In this document: piece by piece, positions 23,924 to 35,398 of the stretch
Numbering within the stretch: position 1 is the first letter of the stretch
Layout of the letters: every line of letters begins with the position of its first letter
Source: Curvularia clavata
Taxonomy: Eukaryota
NCBI GenBank assembly: GCA_023920165.1
Contig: CP089274.1
Location: 3,100,001 to 3,164,000 of the forward strand
Direction of reading: 5' to 3'
DNA length: 64,000 nucleotides
Made by a program: the position numbers and the translations under genes
The notes under the pieces: model-generated
What the model was told of the DNA's origin: nothing
The model's database searches: none
Seen by the model: only the letters and a program-made list of their open reading frames with translations

Positions 23924-24520
23924 AACGGGGGGGAGTAGTGTATGCCAAGGGAACATATACGTAGTAGAAGTTGGGCTTCGTTTTTTTTTCTGTTCTGCGT
24001 TTGGTTCGACGTGCGCAACGTGGGAGCTGCAAGCTAGAAATAGGAATGGAAGTATCGCTGTAAAACCTTTTTTTAAACTATGTGATTTTGACTTGAAGTG
24101 AAGATGTTAAGTGATGGAGATTATGCTTTTCCTCTGTTGGCGTGCGTATCACGTCCTTTTTGTACTGACTCTTTTTAGTCAGTGTAGAGAAGGTTAATGA
24201 TGAGTCCGGATGAGTTAGCCTTGTTGATGATTATACTTTTATATTGGCTGGAGAGTGTGCTGTCCTTGTTCTCTGGCTCTCATGAAGTGTTTTGGTCTTG
24301 CCAAGTACGTGTAAGGGTTTATTGATATGGGTATTGTGTATTTTTGGGAGTTAAGAGGCATATCATGTCTGTGTATATAACTAATTGAAAGCGAAAATAG
24401 GTATGTCCCAGAAAAAGGGGCGCGGTTACTTTGATCATCTGTTGCTAGACGCAACATAGTTCAAAAATAAAACCTGAGATAGATTGCGAGACTAGGAAGA
24501 TTATTGGTTGTATTGCAGTG

Positions 24521-25805
24521 CTAGACGTTGTTGTAACTTCTAAAAAAAGCAGATAACACACTCTCACCAGAGTCAGAAGATGTTTCGTCGTCAGAAGAGG
24601 TATCGCTAGAGGAAAAGACTTGTATGTCCCGTATTTCAGCCAGGTCTTCTTTTGCGTCTAACAGCAGAGTATGATCTGCTCGAAGATTACGAGTTCGAAC
24701 ATCAACAACATGCTCTAGCATTGCTATTGCCTCCTCTAGCTGCCCATTTACGTCATACGTCAATGCGAGTGAATGTTGTGACATGGTAGTGTCTGGGTGC
24801 TCGGGCCCTAGCACTTTCTCCTGTATTTGAAGAATATGTTTTAGTAGTGACATCGCCTCCTGTATCTGCCCGTCTCTCCTGTATGCTACTGCGAGCTCGT
24901 ATTGTGACACAAGCTGGTCTGGATGTTCTGGCCCTAGCACCTCATTCTGTAATCGAATGACGTATTTTAGGAGCGGTATTGCCTTCTCGAGTTGTCCATC
25001 TTCTTTGTACGCCGTTGCGAGCTCGTGCTGTGATGTTAGTAGTAAGAGATCATATGGTCCTAATGCCTCTTCTGTTTTGACAATGTATTCTAGTAGCGCC
25101 ACCGCCTTCTCCCGTTGTCTGTTTCGAGAATATGAGATTGCGAGCGCTTTTTGTGACATCAACCGTGCGGGATTGTCTGGTGCTAATCTCTCTTCCACTT
25201 TTACAACGTGTTCCAGTAGCTCTATCGCCTTTTCCAATTGTCCGTCTTCTTGATAGGCTTTTCCGAGCATATATTGCGATACTCGTCGTGAGGGATCATC
25301 TGTTGCTAATGTCTCCTTTACTTTTACGACGTGCTCCAACAAGTCTATCGCCTTCTGTAGTTTCCCATCTTCGATGTATGCCCTTGCAAGCTCGTGTTGT
25401 GATAACAATCGATCTTTGCTGTCTTCACTTAGATGACTGTTTAGGTCATTCGACCTTTCCAGCCATACTACCGCCTCTCTGAACCTGCCGTCCTCTAACA
25501 AACAGCATGCTACCCGCCGACACAACACGGATTGTCCTTTTGGACTGCTGTTTTGTACCATATCAAGCAGCCGTAGTGCATGTGGCAAATAAGCTCTCCA
25601 TATGGCCCGGCTCTCATGTTCTATATATGGAAAGGTATGCGCAACATGCTCAATCGCGTCTTCCACAACATTCTTAGTGGAAGAGTGGGTTTTGACCCAG
25701 ATCTGGGTTGCCAGGTGCACAAGTCGGTGAATGTCGTACCACTCTTCTTCTTCTTCTTCTTCTTCTTCTTCTTCTTCTTCTTCTTCATCTTCATCTTCAT
25801 CATCA

Positions 25806-25837
<32 letters not shown>

Positions 25838-28114
25838 TTGTTTGTCCCCGTATTTATCTTCTCCCTTATCATCTTCCCTCTCCTCCTCCTCTTCTTCTTC
25901 TTCATCGTCATCATCATCCTCCTGCTGTTCTTTTTTATCCTCGCCTTCACCCTTGTCTTTCTTCTCTCTCTTGTCCTCTTCTCTATCTTCTTTAAATTCT
26001 CGCTCTTTCTTCTCTCCCTCCTCCTCCTCTTCTTCTTCTTCTTCTCCTCCCTTTGCTTTAATATCTAATTCGCTGCCTTGATTACCAGTGTCGCGTCTGA
26101 CCAAGAATGAGTATCCACACAGCGTGCCAATGGCCGTCTCCATCTGCTCTGCTGATTCCGGCTCTGGAAGCAGCGACCGTGGTATGGCTTTCCACTCTAT
26201 GCAGGATATGAACTCCAGTAAATCTGCCGCTGCTGGGTCGCGTTCACGCAGTTGAGTAAACGATACCACCCATGTTGTGGCCACTGCATTCGCAGAGCCT
26301 TTGTATCTTGTATTGTCGCGAAACTCTTTGCTTAGCAGTCCAATCAGGTCCCTTTCAGTACTGTGGAGAAGCTGCAGATACTTTGCAATTGTGGTCTTGT
26401 TCATATTGAGATACGCAGCCGCCTGTGCAATTGCAAGTGGAAGACACGTTAGCTCGTCTAGCAGCTTGTTCGTCATGTGGTGGTCGTTCAGAATTTCTTT
26501 CTTGATCAATGATTTGGAGAAGAAGTCAATCGCATCCTGGCGATTCATCGCCCCCAGCCCCAGAACATCGGACTGTGTTAGTGATACGGCTACGTCCATC
26601 GTGCGTGTCGTGTATACTACTACGCCAGTGTCACTCTTTGGCAGGTAGTCGACGATACCTGGTGATTCTGCTGTTCCGAACAAGATGTTAGGGTCGTCAG
26701 CATTATCCACCACCATGAGCCACTGTCCTGCTCGACTCGAGCTCAGGTATCGTTTCACCAGTTCTTTAACGTCTTCTTTGTCGTTTGCCACTTGTGGCAG
26801 ACCTAATGCTCTTGCAATGCTTACGCATGCTTGCTCAAAACCTTCCACACTTAGAGTAGGAACCCAAAATATTGAATACTCTGGCCAACTTTCTTTCACG
26901 CTGTACGCAAACTGTAGGGCAACCTGTGTCTTGCCTGTGCCACCAAGCCCCACGATAGAAAGCTCTTGGCAGTCTTGATTCACCATTAGCCTCTGCTGCA
27001 AAAGTTGCAACTCTGTTTTCCGTCCAACAAACCGTCGATTGATGAGAAACGGGAGATAATATGTGGGCTTAGGCAAGTTTCCTACTATTGTATCAGTACG
27101 CGATCACATTATGAAGTACCACATGACTGCTGCGGTACACTAACCATTCGTCTCTTTGACGACTTCCTCTGCTGTACGAGACTTGGCCAGTTCTGCTGGC
27201 GGTATCATTGATAACACCTCTTTTGCATACGCGGCCGCTGTCCCTGCTGCGAAGGGTTGCCACCGTTTGTTTTTGTGTGAATCTGCGTAGTCACAAATTC
27301 CACGGACGACAAGACATGGAAAGCTATTCATCAACCCTGCGGCCTCCATCTCGAAACACAGAACCTTGCCAAATTCAGTGCTAACTTTGTCCCGTTCGGC
27401 GGCACTTCGTAGAACCTGGTTGCCAGATGCGATAGTGCCATAGTGTATTGCTACTTCTTCCCCGATGTCGCGCGCTGGCCGGACTTGGTATCTATCAGGG
27501 CTGCATCCATCGCACGTGTGCCCACCAACATGGTCGTATGTTGCTTCAAACAGAACGTCAGGCCCTGCCCTACTGCGTTGAAATTGGGCGATTCCCTCTA
27601 GCTTAGAGATGTGTTCAGTTAGCTTGCTTCTGCCGCGTAGCTGGTTTGCCTTGACTCGCGCGACAGCTGCCAGCAATATTTGTGGTGGTGAATTAAGTGA
27701 CCCTGTGCGTTCAAAGCCACTTGGTGTCGTCTTTCCCATATCATACTGTACCACGCCAGCAGATTGTCCAGAAGGTTGGCTAACCACCACGTCTCCCAGC
27801 CGGACATCTGCTTCGGCACTTGGGACGCCACCGCCAATGCCTACCATCAACCCAAACTGAATCCTTTTAAATGTTGCGCGCATTTGCGTTGCTACTGAAG
27901 CCGCTGGGTTGTTACCAATTCGACCAGCGGGCAGGCACACAATAACAACATTGTGTCCGCTGATGGAGCCCAGAGCATACAGGTTCTCGTCGTTGTCGGC
28001 CAAGTCGAGGTCAGGATGTTCTTCGTCGAGCATCTCCTGCGCTGCCGCCATCTCGACCGGCAGCGCGCACACCCACCCCACCGTGTAGTCCTCATGGCAT
28101 AGCTTACGTGTCAT
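24521..28114 (-). CDS. Fungal NLR: PNP_UDP nucleoside phosphorylase/nucleosidase effector + NB-ARC + TPR repeats (~1176 aa)
   Basis: Exon 28114-27145 (YTVGWVCALPVE, LMVGIGGG, YGTIASG, CFEMEAAG, RGICDYADSHKNK) splices in frame through intron 27144-27082 to exon 27081-24521. That exon carries FVGR, Walker A GLGGTGKT, Walker B WLMVVDNADD, LPLAIAQAAAY, DIHRLV and six 41-42-aa TPRs. Confidence 0.92.
25743..26050. repeat. Compound trinucleotide microsatellite (TTC/TCA/TCG/TCC runs) encoding an acidic insertion in the NLR
   Basis: Long (TTC)n, (TCG)n and (TCC)n runs translate to poly-E/poly-D on the minus strand. Confidence 0.95.
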
Positions 28115-28485
28115 TCGCGGTCGTTATAGCTGAGCTTGAGTTGAAGTAACTGCGATATTTGGGATGGTATAGGAAGAGTCGCAGCCTCGCTGCATAGCCG
28201 CTGTTCAGCCTGACGACCTGCATGGCGCTCGGCTGCTCACATGTCGTAAGCCGAAGGCTGTGCATGACAGAGTGGGCTATTGGCGTAGAGCAGATGTCGC
28301 TATAATCGAATGTAGGCAAGGTGTGGGGGCGAAACAACAACTTGCTCATTGGTTCCATATTTAGACTGGGCGGCTGGTGCAGCCCAACCTCTTACTATCT
28401 TGCAACTTCGTATACAAAGACACAAATTTATCTAAATACTCGCCCATCTTTTCCAATCAAGGGTAATGTACAGGACCAATCCACT

Positions 28486-29760
28486 TCAAGTACTCTCTCC
28501 ATATGGGGCGCCCTCAATCTTGAATCCACCCGGCCGCAGCTTCCGGGAAACAGTCATAGGATCATATTTCTTGGAAATTGACTTTAGCCTTGCCAATCTT
28601 TCATTGCCATAACTTAAGATTACGCTCTGGTACAGGTCTTGTTTCTTTGCTTCCATTTTTGCTGCCTTGATAAAATCTTGGGCGGCTTTTCGGAGCTTTT
28701 TGTCTTCGGTCGATACATCTTTCGCTGCTGATGGCTTGAACATGCAAGCTGGATTTACCAAAGCTGCCTGTTTAGCCAAACATCTATTGTGAATGCGTCA
28801 TAACATGCTACAGGAGTCTGAGAAAAGTAGTATACAACTACTCGACCGCTACGTGCGGGGACTAATTCGGATGGAACCACTTTCTTTAGTCCCGTAGCCT
28901 GATTCCTACTTGATAGCCTCTCTGGTGCGGGATCTGTAAGGCATCTCCACTGGTCTATAGTAGTGCTACACTAGATGCGTCTGGCGCGCCTCTGATAGGG
29001 CATCGGGTCTCGACCATGATAATGTAGCGTACGGTAATCGCCTGGTTGTAAGACTTACCAGCATAGGTCCCGTCTTGTCCCTCGTCTGAACAAGTCAAGA
29101 CGAACAAACGCATTACAAGCATCACAAAACTTCCTTGGAGAGGCAATGCTGCCGCAAAAGCCTGACCATTCTCGAGTTTTCAATGATCTTTTTATACGGT
29201 CCAGCTCACGGCCACCAAATGGCTGCCGGTTGCCGTGTCAATGCTGATACAGCAAGTTCTTAGCCCCCATAACGAAACGCAAGCTCTGCAATGTACTTCT
29301 CCTAACGCTGTCACTGTCGCAATATCTCTTGATTTCTGAGAGCAAATTCAGGGTCCAAGCGTCAGTGCTCCCTACAGGTCCTAGTGACAACTATGTTGAT
29401 GCCGCCACCAAACGCTCTGCAATGGATATTGGACTCGTCGCTCTACAGCCTCCATAGACACAATGCGAAACAACTATAGGCTCCAGTTATTGTTAAAGTG
29501 CTATGTAACTCAAAAATTGGGCGAAACTAAGTACAACCATCCCTAGTAGGCAATAGTGCAATGAAAGTCGACTACTACCTCGTTGGAAGCTGATGACGAA
29601 ACACCCACCGAGTACCTTCTGGTAAACCCCGGCAGTTGAACCAGTTTACGCAGTCTTGCACATCCGCGGCACTCATTTGGTTAACCTGATTCCATAAAAG
29701 GATATTGACACGGGTCAGATGGGATCAAAGCAGGGAAAATGCAGGTCGGATGCCCGATAT
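28486..29760 (-). pseudogene. Decayed FAD-linked (BBE-like) oxidoreductase
   Basis: C-terminal signature SYGNERLARLKSISKKYDP..LRPGGFKI (ORF 28486-28779). Upstream fragments RAFGGGINIVVTR (~29380-29420) and PTCIFP (~29730-29750) are separated by stops and frameshifts. Confidence 0.55.
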
Positions 29761-30162
29761 AGTGGGGGGTTGTAGATCATGATCGCTCTAGGTGTCGCGT
29801 TGAACATGGCTTTCCTGAGATTTCCATGTTCGCCAGAATGCCCAAATCTTCAATTTCCCTCACACAGCACACAAAATGCATCAGGACTTGTTTTGTTCTT
29901 TGCAGAAACTTAGACTTTACCTCATCAAGGTTTGAGCACAGGTCAAAAGGTCAAGGGGCAGGGTTCAGCGCGTCCAGTGTCATCGCCGCTGATGGTTGTG
30001 GCTTGCCCGTTCGCTAGTGCGTGCATGACGTAGTGTGCCATTTCAGCCTTGCGCGTGTCTCTTGGTGTAATTATGAGCACAAAGAAATTGCATAACCCCT
30101 AAGACCGCCTCGTCCTCCATCTGGAATCCTTCCAACATTGATTCTCTAATTTTTTGCCTGAC

Positions 30163-32348
30163 ATGTCGACCGGGGGTGTGGTCTACAAAGACCTCCTACC
30201 TATTCCCGATACAGATCCTACACAACATGAGGGAAAATCGAGCACGCTACGTGATGCACCTACGGATAGCCACGCGCTAGCTCTGGAGGGTGCTAGGCCG
30301 CCACCTACAGAAGAGAAGGGGGCAGCGCAGGTAGAGCACGGAGAAGAAGTGGTTGACTTAGGATGGAATGAACCAAAGGAACATGTCGCCAAACCTCTAG
30401 TAGGAGGACTTGACAATGAGGACGTCTGGATGCTTATCCGGCGCTTCAACAGGGTGAGAGCCATATACATGTAATGCAAAGCTCTCGTGCTAATTTCCCA
30501 CAGCAAATATACCAGGTCAAGGAGATTCCAACAGCACCTCCTGGAGGCTTGGATATGAACATCTCGGACGATGAGGAATTCTCGCCGGACAAACTTCGTG
30601 CCAATATAGAGCGCTTGTATATGACTATTGTAAGCTGCCTTAGTGTAAGAACTGACAAAAACAGCCTAACCATCTTAGGGTATCGGCCTCATAGCTTTTG
30701 GCAAACATATCGCTCGCATTCGCTCGTGGCGGGAGACTCAGCGCACTGCATGGTTTTGTACAGCGTACTTCGCCGCTTGGTCCCTTGACATGATCATGCC
30801 GTTAATCTCAGTGACTTTGCTAACGCTGATTGTCTATCCTCCGGCTCGCGGTGCAATGTTTCCTCCTGCCCCGATTGCTCTTGTCAGCTCTAGCGGAGGC
30901 GTTCAAAAGCCAAAATCTGGAACTCTTGGAAGTACCGATAGTGTCACTGGAGCGCCTGAAAACCACAAGGGTGAGGCTGTAGAACAGGAGGCCACTAACT
31001 TCGTCTATGGGGTTGCTACTATTGCACTGTCGAGCGCCACTGGGAAGAACCCGGAGAGTGAACCCGGAGAAGCAGAACCGGATGACAGCAGCTCCCCGGA
31101 TGTCACTCGAGTTGCTATCGGCGTTGCCCATTCAAAAGACAAAGCTACGGGTGTTAAACCCGACAAGGACCATGACAAGACCAAAGTTCCCATGGAGACT
31201 GCCATGTGGGAAAAGATGAGGCCAATCATGCATGGGATTGCAGAAGTTGCAGATACCTGGGAGCGCTTCGCAAAGTGAGTGCGTCTTCATGAGGGCATTT
31301 GACTGATTGCTGATTCGTGAATAGTCTGCTTAATCCGACTCCCCCATTCCCAACAAACAAGTTTCACTTCCGCCTCGCAGCAGTTATCGCTCCCCTTGTT
31401 CTTTTATCATTGCTTGTATCGTCCTATATGTTCATGAAGGGCGTCACCTTTGGTATTGGATTTGGATTCTTCGGTGACCCAGTCATCCAACGAGGCCTTG
31501 CGCTTCTCAACAGGAAATTCCCCCACTGGCAGAAACTACTTGAACTCCGTAATACGCTTCTGAAAGGCGTTCCTACCAATGCTCAACTAGCAATCACCTT
31601 GCTCCGTCTCGGCGAAGCGAACAAAGCCCCGTTACCACCTCCACCACACGTTACACGACCACCAGCTGAGAAGACCTCAACCATCGACGCAGAACAGCTT
31701 CGTGCCGCAGGCTCAGACCTACCGCTCAACGCCACGCAAGAAGAGCTCGACGAAGCCATCTCGTACGACCCTGGAGTTGGACACGCTGCAAGCGACGAAG
31801 GCACTGATGATACCAAGCGCGGCAAAAAGAGTACCAAGATCCTCAATCTCTTCCGCGGCACCATCAAAGGCGGCGTGGAGACAACACGAGGTGCTGACAA
31901 AGTCAAAGCCCTAGCTGGCTCCATGCACGCAAAGAACAGACTTGGTGCCTTGCCTCCTCGAAACGCCGACTTGACATCTGGACCCGTCGAGTTCAAAGCC
32001 CGCTTCGAAGGCAAAAAGGGACACGCGTATATCGCTACTAAATCAACCATTCCGTGCATCGCTTTCTCGACCGACAATACAATTGAGAAGATTGGTAGTG
32101 TGGACAGAGAAGACTTGCATCCTTTATGGAGTATACCAGTTGGCGACATTCTGGAGATCAAGAAAGTGGGTGGATTTGGGTGGAAGGCCAAAATGGTGGT
32201 GGGGTGGGCTATGGATCGCGAGGTGGCGGATGGGCTGGTTATTACTGATAAGAAGTTTAATCAGTATCGACTTATGGCGCTGCCGCTGAGAGATGAGCTC
32301 TTTAATCGGCTGATAGCTATGGGTGGGCAGAAATGGGAGTGTTGTTAG
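30163..32348 (+). CDS. Conserved fungal membrane protein (DUF3292-like)
   Basis: Exons 30163-30453, 30504-30629, 30679-31274, 31325-32348. Motifs EEFSPDKLRANIERLYMT, HIARIRSWRE, LKGVPTNAQL and RDELFNRLIAMGGQKWE. Confidence 0.8.
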
Positions 32349-32732
32349 TGGTTTGTGACCACAAGGGAGTATGGGAACATAATACAGGGCATTATAGGTG
32401 TTTCCGGGTTGGGTTTGATGTAGCATGAAATCATTCGGGTAAGGATGGGTCACTTGTTTTGATTCCGAGAGATACCTTGTGACTGCACTACTTTTCTTTA
32501 TACCGCCTCATAGCGATCCAACTGACAGTAAAAATATTTTCCATTTCACATTTTTCCACTGCAGTCGTGAATCAAAGCCAGATCGTATTGCTCCCACAGA
32601 ATACAAGCTCTTCATTCATACGCCACCAGTATTCAAAGTGACTGAATCGTCATCCTCTTCCACCACCATCTGATCATCGCCTTTCTTTCCTCCCTTAATA
32701 GGACTAGTACTAGTACTAGAGCTAGAGCCAGA

Positions 32733-34342
32733 TCATGTACCAGCACCAGCACGCTTCCCAAAGGACTCACAATCTCGCGCTGTCGCAAGTGCAAGCCGAT
32801 ACTTCAACACCGTCTTCGTTCCCGTGACATTCAGCCCTTTTTCACGACACATGTTCTTCAAATTGTTCAGACTCTGTCTTTCGTCTGCATTTTCAAGCGA
32901 TTGGAGTAGAGTGGTTTTGTTTCTTGTAGATGGGAGGCCAATATTGCGGTCCTTGCAAAGTTTCTTTAGATCAGCGAGAGAGAGCTTGGTGCGTGGGTCT
33001 AGAGTCTCTGGAGTTATAGGTGTGAGTTTGCTTTTAGCCTTGGAGGCTGATACAGTCGTGTTGCTCGTGGTTTTAGTCTTTTTGATAGGGACAGCGGCGG
33101 GAGCAACGGCGGGAGCAGAAGCAGGGTCAGGGGCAGGATCGTCAATGGGAGATGGCGTAGTAGGGGTGGTTCTCTTATCCTTTTGAGTTGTTTCCTTCGT
33201 AATCTGAGCTTTGCGGTGGGCTTTCGACTCTTGAACCTCTCTGGCACGGGCAGCGCGGATTTTGGCCTTTTCGGCGCGTTGTGCGGCACGCTGTGCCTTT
33301 TCCTCTGCTCGCCGGGCGCGCTTATTAGCAGATTCTTTTGCCTTTTGTGCTTTGTGGGATTTCTTTTCAGCTTTGAGCTTAGCTTTGGCAGCTTCTTTAA
33401 GAGCCTGTTCTGTCTGCTCCTTGTGACGACTCTTTTCGCGGGCTACACGGTAGGCCTCCATTTCAACACGGCGCGCCTCTGGGTCATCATCCAACGCCGT
33501 AGGGATACGTGCTGTTCCTTCTACGAGGGCGTTGTAGCGCTCGCGACAAGCATTAGCGGAAAAGAGGGCATTCTTGTTCAGGCGGCGCATGTGATCGGAA
33601 ACTTTGCGGAAACGCCATGCCCGGATACGCTCTATTTCGTAGTTGATCTCAATATCAGCAAGAGCATAGGCCTGAAGCAGAAGCTTATCCTGGGTTCCCA
33701 GTCAAGTTAGCCATCGATCAAGACACTATACGTTACTTAACTAGCAACCTACCTCCTCATATTTCCACTCCTTGTATCCTTCTTTCAGGAGAAATTCGAC
33801 TTTTTCTGCTTTCGCCTGACGGATACGCACGATGCGAGTTGAGATGGACTTTTCGTCATAACGGACACGTCCCTCTTTCTGCAGCCTTTGGGCAATCTGG
33901 CGGTCGGTGAAGCCATTCTCACGCATCTGTAGCATAAGTTCGTCATCCGAATCCAGTTCATCAGAGATACGCTTGCCACTGAAAGTAGACCTCTCGATGT
34001 TGTTGCGCTTTTGAGTGTTGGGGCCACAAGAGGGTTGTTTGTTCGAAGAATCGTTATCTTCCTCCAGATTGAAGGTTGCAGTGTCATTAGGCCGAGACTC
34101 CTCGGAGACACACGACTGAGAACGCTTACGCTTCCGGCCCGAGACAATGTTGTCGTGTTCGATATCAGATAGATCTTCACTGGTGTCTCGTCCTCGTTTG
34201 GGGCCATTGTAGCCGTCGAGCTCGAGATCATGACCACTGACCTGAACCAGTCAGTAGATGTATGGAAACTCAAACATGACGATGCACTTGCAGCTTCAGC
34301 TACGCCTCCGAAGCTGTCGGTGACTTCATTGTGAGTAACCAT
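32733..34342 (-). CDS. Putative nuclear protein with Myb/SANT-like helical region, basic coiled coil and C-terminal SAP-like motifs
   Basis: Exons 34342-34292, 34241-33753, 33689-32733; the first intron is GC-AG. Motifs ELDSDDELMLQMRENGFTDRQIA, WRFRKVSDHMRR..ACRERY and LKNMCREKGLNVTGTKTVLKYRL. Confidence 0.7.
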
Positions 34343-35398
34343 GGAATCTTGGTCGTTCTTGCAGTTTTAAAAGCCGATCTGATTGAGTTAGTCGTCGCTT
34401 TAGTGGATGTGAGCCTTTTGCATACATCAGAGAAGTGCAAGTTTACTTGCTATGTGACATAGAACCTTGAGTCGTCGTGCTGTTGAATTAACAGTGCAAA
34501 TACAGTGATCGTAGTTGTGAAGTAAGGAAGGACTGAGCTCTAGGGGAGTGGTTGTTTACAGCGAGATGCATATTTGGAGTTATTGTACCAGGGAAAATAG
34601 TACGGTAGCATCCATAGATAAAGGCAAGCGTCGAAGCCCACTCGTCTGGTGGCTGGTTGGCTCCCGTAATGCTGTTGATATTATCATGGGTTCCATTTAC
34701 ATCTGAGAGAAAACTTTGCTTACATTCGAGAGCATTCTGTTTTACTTTTGAGGGAAACACATCAAAGTAGGGATGAGGGAGACGCATTAAAGTGGAGATG
34801 AGAAATTACTATAGTGAGAGGCTCCATGGCACAGGATAATAGTAATGTCATTGGACAGGGCTGAGGGTTCGCGACACGTTCATCTGAAATGAGATGTGGC
34901 GACGTTTCGCCGGGTATGGTGACTTCGACACCAATAAAACCCTATATTAGAATATATCCATATCCTGAATGCGAGTTTCATGGTTCAAAACACGTGACAG
35001 CAAAGCTGCCCACATCATCAATCACCCACATCTGGAAATTTCCTAGATTTCATCACAATCATGTAAGACTAGAGAAAAGTAAAGTGATGCTGGTGTGGCA
35101 AGGTACCGTCAAGGTTGGTCTGGAGGCGAAACAAGGATGTTGCGATGGCGCCCGCCCTATCCCTGCCCAATGACGCAGTGCTCCGCGTTTACTGCGGGAC
35201 GGGAATCAGGGCTTCAGCGCCGCCTTCGACGACATACTGAGCACCGCCCAGCCTTTTAGAAGCGCCGCTGGGAATCACATGTCAGATCTGATCTGCCATA
35301 TTTTATTTTCCGGGACCCTTCACACTACGAACGCCACCCCTCAACTCAACCCCTCCTCGACCCGCTCTCAGCACAACACCCACACGTCAACAGTTACT

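Noticed and set aside
25580..26081. Poly-F, poly-S, poly-L and poly-K ORFs
   Set aside because: Alternative-frame readings of the NLR microsatellite.
27140..28114. PNP domain as a separate gene from the NB-ARC-TPR ORF
   Set aside because: A canonical 63-nt intron joins them in frame, and the second ORF's start is a TTG.
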